Source: Balanoglossus misakiensis
Taxonomy: Eukaryota; Animalia; Hemichordata
Reading direction: 5' to 3'
NCBI GenBank assembly: GCA_040954595.2
Contig: JBECUI020000030.1
Location: 1-64,000, forward strand
DNA: 64,000 nucleotides
Under the pieces are notes generated by a model. That model did no database searches. It was not told where the DNA came from and saw only the letters and a list, made by a program, of their open reading frames with translations. Every line of letters starts with the position of its first letter. Position 1 is the first letter of the stretch. Below, one piece after another: positions 23,410 through 34,007 of this stretch. A program made the position numbers and the translations under genes.

Positions 23410-24404
23410 ATGAACGATACCCCGGTTCTGACCGTAGAGAACTTAAAAACATATTTTTATACCAACCAACGATGCAATAAGGTTATCAATGGCATTTCTT
23501 TTCAGGCAAAAAAGAGCAAAACTCTCTGTATTGTCGGCGAAAGCGGATGTGGGAAAAGTGTTACTGCTGCTTCCATTATGCGTTTACTGCCCGAATTATC
23601 ACGGATAGAAGAAGGCAAGATGTGTATCACGCGGATCAGGGCGACATTCGCATTGATCAACAGGAAAAAAACGGCATCACTATGCGAAAACTGCGCGGAG
23701 CTGAACTGGGCATGATTTTCAAGACCCTATGACATCATTCAACCCCGTTTACACAGTTGGCTTTCAGATTATAGAGAATATCAGGGAACATTATCGGATA
23801 TCACGACAGGAAGCACGCAACAAAGCTATTTCATTGTTACACCAGATGGGCATTCCCCTTCCGGAAAAGCGTATAGACCAGTATCCGCATGAATATTCAT
23901 GGGGGATGCGTCAACGTGCCATGATTGCTATGGCAATGGCATGCAATCCCAAGCTATTAATTGCCGATGAGCCGACAACAGCACTGGATGTAACCATTCA
24001 GGCCACAGATATTTGAACTCATGGAAGAGTTAAAGAGCAAACATGATACTGCGGTTTTGCTTATTACTCATGATATGGGTGTTGTTGCAGAACTGGCGGA
24101 TGATGTAGCTGTTATGTATATGGGACATATTGTCGAGCAGGGAACGGTGCATGAAATTTCCAAACCCCCCTGCATCCCTATACAAAGGCACTGCTTCGTT
24201 CCATCCCATACTCGGCAAGGGGAAGAATCAAACTGTCAAAGCAATTTATGGATCCCCGCCTGATCCGTACAATCGTCCGGCGGGCTGTCAATTTTACCAC
24301 GTTGTGAACAAAAATCGGAAGAATGTCTGGTGCTTCCCAGGCGCACGAAGATTACCGATACGCATTACGTTATGTGTTGGAATTATAAAAATGATAAAAC
24401 ATAA
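23410..24404 (+). CDS. DppD/OppD-like ABC ATPase (frameshifted)
   Basis: [39 protein letters not shown]. Confidence 0.82.
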
Positions 24405-25421
24405 AGACATACTACTGCAATTACGGAATCTCTGTACGTATTTCCAATAAAGAAGGGCATTTTTAAGAGAACCATTGGTCATATTAAGGCTATCAACGAT
24501 ATTAGTTTAGATATTTACCGAGGCGAAACGCTTGCGGTTGTTGGCGAAAGTGGCTGCGGAAAGTCTACTCTCGGCAAGTCCATCTTAAAACTGCTCCCTA
24601 TACGATCCGGCAGGTTCTCTATCACACCGACAACAAAGTCTTAGATTTAACAGAGTGTCGCGAAAAGAGATGCTCCCATTACGAAAAAAATTACAGATTG
24701 TTTTTCAGAATCCATATTCATCATTAAATCCTGCATTCTCTATTTTTAATTCGCTACAAGATCCACTTAAGAAATACGGCATTACATCCGGAAAACAACG
24801 ACGGGCTATTATCGGCAATCTATTGGAATCGGTAAATTTACGCCCAGAGTATATGGATCGCTATCCTCATGAATTTAGCGGCGGGCAACGACAACGCATT
24901 GGCATAGCTCGTGCGCTTTCGTTAGAGCCGGAACTTATTGTCTGTGACGAGGCAGTGAGTGCACTGGATGTTTCCATTCAGGCACAGGTCTTGGAACTTC
25001 TTCAACAGCTCAAGACAGAACGAAATTTGACGTATATATTCATTTCGCACGATTTAAGTGTCGTTGAATATATCAGCGATCGCGTTGCAGTTATGTACTT
25101 GGGAAAACTGATGGAACTGGCATATGCCGAATCGCTGTATACAAATGCCTTGCATCCGTATACTCAGGTACTTCTTTCGGCAATTCCAATTGCCGATCCG
25201 ATAAGAAGTCCAAACGAATTGTCTTGAAGGGTGATGTCCCCAGCTTGATAAATCCCCCAAGCGGGTGTCCCTTTCATTCACGTTGCCCTCAAGCTCAAGA
25301 TATTTGCACAACAACCGTTCCGGAATTAAGAAAATTTACTGTGGCAGGAAAAGAACAGTATGCAGCCTGCCATTTTGCCGAAGGCAGAAGAAACAAAATA
25401 ATACCAAGGTCATTGCTATGA
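24391..25421 (+). CDS. DppF/OppF-like ABC ATPase (frameshifted)
   Basis: [41 protein letters not shown]. Confidence 0.85.
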
Positions 25422-25437
25422 AACATTGGAGGAAGAA

Positions 25438-26846
25438 ATGAAAAATTCTTTTTTGACTCTCATATGATTGAGAAAACAAAAAATGTTGAAATTGTGCCGG
25501 GGAAGATTACGAAAGTAGATATGAATCCGCTATGGAAAGAAGGATATTTTGATGAGCCGTGCATACCTTGGGAACAGCGAATCGACAATGGCTTCCCTAA
25601 CGTTTTCTTGGACCAAGACATATACCGGTGCTATTATACCTGCATAGTAGAGGATCCCCATGCCGTACAAACCCCTTTACACAAACGCCCTACCATACAG
25701 TACAAACCGGGCAGCATGAGAATAACTGCCTTACTCTATGCATACTCCGAAGACGGGATTCGATGGATTAAACCCTCACTTGGTATGAGCGAATACCACG
25801 GTAGCACAGATAATAATATTATCAAAATGTTTGCCCATGGGGCTTCGGTTTTAAGGATCCCTATGACACTGATCCCAATAAAAGATACAAAATGTTGACG
25901 CGAGACGATCGTTTTCCAACACAGCTATCATACGCCTTTTCTCATGATGGCATCCAGTGGACTGAACTGCAGCCAATTGCCCGATTTTCCCGTTCAATTA
26001 TGGCAGATACGCATAACTTTGCCTGTTTTGTTCCGCGACTAAACAAATACGTTCTCATGTCCAGAACATGGAGAAACTATATTCGAGTCCTTACGCGCAG
26101 TGAAAGCAGCGACTTTATTAATTGGACCAAACCTGAAATTATATTTCAAGGGGTCGACTTGGATGATCAACTGTATTCCATGCCTTTTTTTGAATATGAA
26201 TCCAACTATCTTGGCCTACCTGCAATATTTCATTACGGCGATCAATCACTACCCCACTATGATTTGACAGATACGGAATTGGCATTGAGTGATGATACCA
26301 TCCATTGGCAACGTCCTACCTGCAACAAAGCACTTATCCCCAGAGGAATCGGAACATATCCTGACGGTGCCTACGACAACGGGTGCATCTATGCGAGTGT
26401 GCCGATTATAAAAGAAAATGAAATATGGCTATACTATATGGGGGGAACGGACAACATACGAACTTTAGAGAAACAGGCTTATGCCTCGCAAAACTAGGCA
26501 AAGATAGATTTGCCGGTATACAGCCGCGCGATAGGAATATACAAGCTACCTTTGTTTCTCGAAAATGAATATTCATAATGACGGCTTGAACATTACCGCA
26601 GATGTAGATGCGGGTGGACACATAACCGTTGCCCTGCTTGATGAACACGGCAAGCCTTTGCCGGGATATGAAGCCAGCGATACAATTACCAAAACGGGTA
26701 CGGAATTACAATTAACATGGAAGGGCAAACCGTTTCGGGTTATTCATCATAAACAACCCATTATTATACATATTGATTTTTTTCGGGCAACATTATATAC
26801 CCTAAAAGGGGCAATACGTATTAATATCGGATATACATTTTACTAG
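25438..26846 (+). CDS. Uncharacterised cytoplasmic beta-propeller protein with Asp-box-like repeats (frameshifted), probable glycoside hydrolase
   Basis: SEDGIRW, SHDGIQW, SSDFINW, SDDTIHW repeats; WLYYMG; no signal peptide; pieces 25464..25898, 25892..26497, 26565..26846. Confidence 0.6.
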
Positions 26847-26850
26847 AAGA

Positions 26851-27549
26851 ATGAATATTATTGAACAACTAAAAGGCGGGCTTGTTGTCTCCTGCCAAGC
26901 ATTGCATAATGAACCCCTTCATAGCTCATTTATTATGTCCAGAATGGCAGTAGCTGCGGAACAAAGCGGTGCTTCGGCAATTCGTGCAAATAGTTTTGCA
27001 GATATTGTTGCCATTAAAGCGGCGGTTGCGCTCCCTGTTATTGGTCTGATAAAGCAGCAATATACGGGTTACGATGTATTCATTACTCCAACTATGAAGG
27101 AGGTCCGAGATGTTGCCTCTGCGGGAGCAGAGATAGTCGCAATCGACGCGACATCACGTCCGAGACCGGATGGTTCAGGACACGGGATTTCATCATTTAT
27201 CCAAAATATAAGAGAAGAATTTCCAAGCCTGTACATTATGGCTGATATTGCAACCTATGAAGACGGAATAATGGCGGAACAAGCTGGTGTCGACATTATT
27301 TCTACTACTCTATCCGGGTATACGAAAGAAACGGAACACGTTACGCTGCCAAACCTTGACTTGCTTCGTGCATTGAAGCAAGACCTGCATACAGTTATTG
27401 CTGCTGAAGGGGGGATTGCAACACCAAATGATATGCATGCATGTTTTCAGGCGGGTGCTGATTTCTGTGTTGTAGGATCGGCAATTACACGCCCGCAGGT
27501 CATTATACAAGGATTTATGCGAAAACTACCGGCTGGCGGAAATAAATGA
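26851..27549 (+). CDS. nanE: N-acetylmannosamine-6-phosphate 2-epimerase
   Basis: LVVSCQAL..EPLH, IRAN, IGLIK, FITPT, TTLSGYT, VVGSAITRP. Confidence 0.95.
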   Translation: MNIIEQLKGGLVVSCQALHNEPLHSSFIMSRMAVAAEQSGASAIRANSFADIVAIKAAVALPVIGLIKQQYTGYDVFITPTMKEVRDVASAGAEIVAIDATSRPRPDGSGHGISSFIQNIREEFPSLYIMADIATYEDGIMAEQAGVDIISTTLSGYTKETEHVTLPNLDLLRALKQDLHTVIAAEGGIATPNDMHACFQAGADFCVVGSAITRPQVIIQGFMRKLPAGGNK

Positions 27550-28462
27550 ATCGCACTTACTATATCGGCATTGATATCGGGGGAACAAACATAAAGGGAG
27601 CACTCGCAGATGAAACTGGAAACGTTCATGTAGAGTATGAAACCCCAACCGAAGCAACAAGTGGTCGAGACCGAATTATCCAAAATGTATGCAAAATTAT
27701 AGAAAAAATTTTATCTCATCAAAAAAATGTACAGGCAATTGGCGTAGTTGCAAACCGGACGTATTAATTATATAACCGGTACAGTCATCTTCGCCGTGGA
27801 GATTTTCCCGGTTGGAATGGAACATGTATTAAGCAGGAAATCGAACAAATATTTCATATTCCTGCTGTTATTGATAATGATGCAAACGCGGCCTTGATTG
27901 GCGAAGCATGGATTGGTTGCGCAAGCCATTGCTCAAATACAGTTATGCTGACACTTGGTACGGGGGTCGGTGGAGCGGTTATGGTTGATAAAAAATCGTT
28001 CGTGGTACTCGATTCCAAGGGGGTGAATGGGGTCATGCAGTATTTGGTCCCTATGGTATCCCCTGTCCATGTGGGAAAAGGGGCTGTACGAAAAATACCT
28101 CTCAGGAACAGCTCTGACTGAACGTGGAAGAGACATTATTTCAAAGGATATTACCAATGGAGCACAAGTGCTTGAGTTGTATAAACAAGGGAATGAACAG
28201 GCAAAAATAGTTGTTGACCAGTATGTTTTATTATCTGAGTACAGTGGTAGGTACCATGAAGCAGGACTTGATCCGGAGGCTGTTATTATTGGTGGGGGTG
28301 TTATCAATTCAAAAAACTATTTCTGGGAACTCCTTCTGCATAAACTGAAAAGCACAACAGATAGTTCTGCCTGTTCTAGCAGCTGAACTAGGCAATAATG
28401 CCGGGAAGATGGGTGCCATAAAATTGGCAATGATGTCTGATCATGAAACTGCCCCTGTATAA
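27546..28462 (+). CDS. ROK-family sugar kinase, probable ManNAc kinase (frameshifted)
   Basis: IDIGGTNIK, NDANAA..GE, TLGTGVGG, IIGGGV; follows nanE. Confidence 0.8.
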
Positions 28463-28511
28463 TGGATTTCAACTCCTGGACCAAGAATATAAAAATTATT
28501 CATAGAAAGGC

Positions 28512-28540
28512 TTGCATGAAATATAGCATGTTGCTATACT
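28512..28540 (+). promoter_or_regulatory. Promoter of the tRNA gene
   Basis: TTGCAT, 17 bp spacer, TATACT with extended -10 TG. Confidence 0.65.
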
Positions 28541-28559
28541 AAGCCTGCATATTATATAA

Positions 28560-28631
28560 CGCAGGGTGGAGCAGTGGTAGCTCATCGGGCTCATAACCCG
28601 GAGGTCGCAGGTTCGAATCCTGCCCCTGCTA
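28560..28631 (+). tRNA. Initiator tRNA-fMet (CAT); CCA end not encoded
   Basis: Cloverleaf with C1:U72 mismatch, anticodon arm TCGGG-CTCATAA-CCCGG with three G-C pairs, T arm GCAGG-TTCGAAT-CCTGC. Confidence 0.96.
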
Positions 28632-28914
28632 TTTTTATTCTATTCACACATCCAGATAATATTTTACTTTTGGCTCTATCGTTGACTTTACTATTCGGCT
28701 TTTTCCCGGACTCGATACTGAAATATCACCTCCCATGCATCACAGAGAAAGGACATATATTTCTTGCACACAAGCGAACAAAGGTCTAGCTGGGTAGTAA
28801 TTGAATTTTTTCTCAAGCAAATGAATAACTTTTACTGTAATTCATTATACATACTATGCTAAATTGTAGTGTAATAACTATGTTATTTTTGATATAATAG
28901 AAAACGGAGTTATA

Positions 28915-30042
28915 ATGGCCGATCAAGAACTGAAAAACTCAATTGTAGCGCTTCAACGTTTGGTTTTGGAGAACGAGCGTAAGCAAGTTGAACGGGATAA
29001 GAAGTATGCTGCTGAGCAAGTTGACGGGATAAGAAGTATGCTGCTGAGCAAGCAGAACGGGATAAAAAGTACGCTGAGTACACTGCAGAACAAGCAGAAC
29101 GGGATAAGAAGTATGCTGCTGAGCAAGCTGAACGGGATAAAAAGTACGCTGAGTACACTGCAGAACAAGCAGAACGGGATAAGAAGTATGCTGCTGAGCA
29201 AGCTGAACGAGATAAAAAGTACGCTGAGTACACTGCAGAACAAGCAGAACGGGATAAGAAGTATGCTGCTGAGCAAGTTGAACGAGATAAAAAGTACGCT
29301 GAGTACACTGCAGAACAAGCAGAACGGGATAAGAAGTATGCTGCTGAGCAAGCTGAACGAGATAAAAAGTACGCTGAGTACACTGCAGAACAAGCAGAAC
29401 GGGATAAGAAGTATGCTGCTGAGCAAGCTGAACGGGATAAAAAGTACGCTGAGTACACTGCAGAACAAGCAGAACGGGATAAGAAGTATGCTGCTGAGCA
29501 AGCTGAACGAGATAAAAAGTACGCTGAGTACACTGCAGAACAAGCAGAACGGGATAGACAGAGGGATGCAAAGCAAGATCGGCTAGAGGCAGTAGTGGAA
29601 AAAACAAGTAGAGAGCTCCGTTTGCCTTAGCAAAGAGATCAGAAATTTTATTGGTAATCAAGCAGAATCGGCAGAAGAGTATTTTTATAGAAGCTTAGAA
29701 GAGAAAATGTGTTTGGGTACTATTTCCTTCAATGAAATAGACAGGAAACTGCGTACAAGGCATGCGGAATTTGATATTGTCTTGACTAATGGAGATACGG
29801 TCGGCATTATTGAAGTCAAGAGTAAGGCCCATCCAAGTGAGATTGAAAAACTTGCTACCGAAAAGGTAACAAACTTCAAGAAAGACTTCCCAGAGTATAA
29901 AGATCATCAATACTATTTTGGCATTGCATCACTTGTCAGTAATAAGGAGCTGATTAAACAAGCAAAAGAGACTGGTGTCTTTTTCATAACACAAAAGGGA
30001 GACCATATCGAACTGGTCAACGACAAGGTGCGCCCTCGATAA
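28915..30042 (+). CDS. Tandem-repeat coiled-coil protein with C-terminal PD-(D/E)XK nuclease-like domain (two compensating indels)
   Basis: Start and C-terminal ORF 29707..30042 share a frame; -1 at ~29024 and +1 at ~29625 restore ERDKKYAAEQA/ERDKKYAEYTAEQA repeats, then GNQAESAEEYF...EFDIV...IIEVK. Confidence 0.72.
28990..29556 (+). repeat. Coding tandem array: one 33-bp unit plus seven near-identical 75-bp (33+42) units
   Basis: GAACGGGATAAGAAGTATGCTGCTGAGCAAGCT alternating with GAACG(G/A)GATAAAAAGTACGCTGAGTACACTGCAGAACAAGCA. Confidence 0.95.
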
Positions 30043-30073
30043 GGCATGGTCTACTAGCGAATAAAGACCAGAC

Positions 30074-32145
30074 TTACTGTGGCGGTTTCATGCCTTCAAA
30101 TGCAAGCCTTACATCCTTGCTTTCAAGTTCCAACTGTTCTTCTATGCGGGCATTCAAACGTTCCAGTTCATTATGACACTCCTTCTCTTTCTCCCATATC
30201 CGGATAATTGTCTGAGCAATATCTTTTCGCTCAGAAGAAGAAAGTTCCGGTATCTCAATGTTTTTATCGTATTCCACGTTATCGTTTTCCGCCCTACTCC
30301 AACAGAATCAACAAGGGCAAGGATTCGAAAATCTGTTTTTTCTCAATAAGTACCAGAGATAAAAGTGCATCATAGTACTCATCTGCCTGCGTTACTATGT
30401 AGTTAGTTGTAACCGCATACCCTGCATAATCCTTATCGATATACGCAATAGCACCGTTAAAAGCATTGTAGATGGAGAATACCAGATTTCCCTCGCGGAG
30501 GATAATACATTTTTTCACAGCACGAACGCGGGGTATGCACTGCATATTACACCTCCCATTGTATTGAATTTTCACAAACTCAAGTTTGCTGCTCGCTTCG
30601 GGGATTATATAATCATCTCGTAAAGAGAGAAACTGTTGAACTGAAACCGCTTTATACCTGCCTTTCCACTTTGATACCCCACTGTACATACAAAATTTGA
30701 CATCCAGTCTCTCCTGTAACTTGTCGGCAGGAATAAGGAAGCGCGAGGTTCCCGTCTGTTCAAATTTTTTATACTCAGTAACAACAGTATCAAATTCCTC
30801 TTCCGCCAACAGATATTTCTCCTCATTTTCTCTCTTTCCGCCGCCCTGTGCAAGACCTAAATGTGCTGAAGAGAACATAAACGCCGCCCCCTGTATCTCA
30901 TCTCCATCTTTTTTACGTAGCAACAACAACGATGTCTTAACACGTGCCTGTGCCATTCTAAATGACTCTCCAGGAAGTGAAATGATTGCCATAATAATAA
31001 AATGAGTTCGAATAAAATTGCGTACATAGACAAGGTCGGCGGACTCCAAGATAGTATCGTCGATAACAGTTATCAACTTACCACCCGGCTTAAGCAGGGT
31101 ATAATACCGTTCAATAAACAGAACGCTGGTACGTACCCTATTTCGCAGTTCTCCGTTTTCTTTGCTTACTAACGAATATTGCCCCATAATTTCTGCTTGC
31201 ACCGGATCGGAACGGTCATACCACATGGAGAACGGCGGATTAGTCAGTGCCACATCAAAACTAGCTGGCTGTACCCCGGATTCGGCATCCACACTGTAAT
31301 CGACCCCATCACGACAATAAATACGTGCACAGCTATTACTATGAAGAAACAGGTTCATCCGTGCCGTCTTATATAACGCCGGTTCCCGTGCAGCATCCAT
31401 ACCGTATATACAATCTTCTACAAGATGCTTTGTATACACATGTTTCTCCGCCTCGGTGTAATTACTATTGCTCCATATTATTTCTTTCATGATACGAAAG
31501 GACTCAATCAAGAAACCCCCACTCCCCACAGCTCGCATCAATGACCTTATCACAATGATCCTTCCGAGCAACTAAGCCAGCGAGTTGCGTTGCGAGTTGC
31601 ACAATACTTCGGGGAGTAAAGTACTGCCCAAGTGCTCTTCCGCGCATGGTTGCATCAAGAAAAATTTCAAATAACCTGCCGGATAAGTCTTCATTGACTC
31701 CAAACAAATCATACAGCTCTAATTTGTGTACAAGGAGATCAATCGTAGAACACTCAAGCCTGAGATAATCAGATGAGTCAAAAAGTTCTGCTCCCCCATC
31801 ATTCCGCATCTCTTCAAATAGAATATCGTTGACAGGATTCGATATGCCCTGTTTGTTCATCTCACGAACCCAGGAAGTGGAAAATCGATTGTCTGCCGCC
31901 AAGACCCGCATACGGGCATTTTGCACCTCATATTGTCCATGTAATTTTCCGTCATGATACAGTTTAATAAAAATAATCTTGGAGAATTCAGTAAAAGCAG
32001 ACTGGGGATGTCTTTTTTCAGCGTTCCAAATAATTTTATGGCAACTAAAAAATATTTTTCTTATCTCATTACATGGAATAGTACGAAGAACATAATGATG
32101 CCCCATTGCTTCCATTGTATGTCTTAAAGCATGCATGCACAACAA
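30074..32145 (-). CDS. N6-adenine DNA methyltransferase (HsdM/type IIG-like) with C-terminal specificity-like region (frameshifted)
   Basis: LGQYFTPR, IDASCG(S)GGFL motif I, ALTNPPF motif IV, LLKPGG; pieces 31504..32145, 30294..31571, 30074..30277. Confidence 0.8.
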
Positions 32146-32182
32146 CTAGCCCGGCAAAGCAAGATAATGATATACTGTTCCT

Positions 32183-33979
32183 ATGAATTGGAAGCGAACA
32201 AATACCTGTGGCAAACTAGGACTGGATGACCTTAATCAGAAAGTAACAGTAAATGGATGGGTGCAAAATAAAAAGAAACCATGGCGGTCTACATTTTCTG
32301 GATATTCGAGACCGGTACGGCATTGTACAGGTCCTTGTTGAACAGCAATCACTTCCTGACCTCCATAGCAAACTGGAAGAAATACACGATGAATGCTGCG
32401 TTGCTGTACAAGGCATAGTTACCCCCCGCCCCAAAGAAATGATCAATCCCAATATGGCAACAGGAACAATTGAAATCCGTGCAGAGGCCATACACATTCT
32501 TTCCCACTCAGCAGTTCTTCCAATTCCACTGGAAACAAAAGATGTCCGAGATAATCTTCGCCTGCGCTACCGGTATATCGATCTCAGGCGACAGGAAATG
32601 CAGCAAAACATCAAGTTTCGACATGAAGCAGCCTTTTGTATCCGTGAACACCTTACAAAAAACAATTTCTTTGAAATAGAAACCCTACTATGATACGTTC
32701 AACTCCCGAGGGGGCACGAGATTTTCTTATCCCCTCACGACTCCACCCGGGAAATTGTTATGCACTCGCACAGAGCCCGCAACTATACAAGCAACTGCTG
32801 ATGATTGGCGGCTTTGACCGCTACTTCCAGTTTGCCCGATGCTACCGCGATGAAGATATGCGGGGAGACCGCCAGCCGGAACATACACAAATTGATATTG
32901 AAATGAGTTTTGTTGATGTTGATGATGTACTGAGCATGTGCGAAAAGATGCTTGCTTCTCTCTTCACACAGTGCATGAATCGTTCTCTTGAACTGCCCAT
33001 TGCTCGCTTACCTATTCGGAGGCGATGAACCAATACGGTTCGGACAAACCCGATTTGCGATTCAATCTGCCCATCTTCGATTTCAGTCCCTATGCAGAAC
33101 AAAGCGACTTCGCCGTATTTCGTTCAGTACTCTCAATCCGGTGGAGTTGTACGGGTATTACCGGTCAAAGGACAACAGTATTCTCGTTCGGAAATTCAAG
33201 AATTGGAAAAGGTCGCACAGACATACGGGGCAAAGGGCTTGGCATGGACGCGGGTAGTCAGTACATCGGATGCTGGTGGTGCGGTTCAACTGGATGGGGG
33301 GATAGGGAAATTTTTTAAGGATCAGATTAAGACATTGGTACGCGAACTTGAGCTGGCAGCGGGGGATATGTTATTCTTTGTAGCCGACACTTGGCAGACG
33401 GCCTGTACTGCATTAGGGGCAGTCCGTAATGAAATCGGGAAAAAACAGATGTCGGATCAAGAAAAAAAGAGCTTTCGCTTTGTCTGGGTCGTGGACTTTC
33501 CCCTGTTTGAGTTGAATAGTGACACAAAAAGCTGGCAGGCAGTACATCACATGTTTACCATGCCCAAGCAGACAGATCTGAGTACGCTTGAATCCGACCC
33601 AGGATCGGTTGTCGGTAATCTATACGACCTTGTATGTAATGGCATAGAGTTGGCCTCCGGGTCTATTCGTATTCATGATCAAAGCATCCAACAACAGATC
33701 TTCCGAGTACTGGATATACCGGAGGACGTAGCAAATGAACGTTTTGGATTCCTTCTTGAAGCAATGAAATACGGTGCCCCACCACATGGAGGGATTGCAG
33801 TTGGGTTTGACCGTTTACTTATGTTACTCACTGGATCCGCAAGCATGCGCGACGTCATTGCATTCCCAAAAAACGCCTTTGCCTCCTCACCGATGGATGG
33901 ATCCCCGGGAACAGTGTCACCCGAACAACTCAGCGAACTGGGACTTAATTGGATAGAAGCAGCACCTTCGATTGACTAA
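32183..33979 (+). CDS. aspS: Aspartate--tRNA ligase (about four frameshifts)
   Basis: [71 protein letters not shown]. Confidence 0.93.
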
Positions 33980-34007
33980 TAAAGACTATATAGACAATGA
34001 TAATAGC

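Noticed and set aside
28574-28789. 71-aa ORF MVAHRAHNPEVAGSNP
   Set aside because: Spurious translation of the tRNA-fMet gene.
28990-29556. Possible CRISPR array
   Set aside because: There are no unique spacers: both alternating units repeat, their lengths are multiples of three, they encode a helical repeat, and no cas genes are present.
28910-29661. Three long minus-strand repeat ORFs and the plus-strand GIRSMLLSK reading
   Set aside because: These are stop-free shadows of the tandem array. The SD/start and the nuclease domain support the ERDKKY frame on the plus strand.
28632-32182. Integrative element at the tRNA
   Set aside because: No integrase, and I found no duplicated tRNA 3' end (att site) in the window.
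32183-33979. aspS as a pseudogene or programmed frameshift gene
   Set aside because: It is an essential gene with all motifs conserved, and several indels within a region-wide error zone are better explained by sequencing error.
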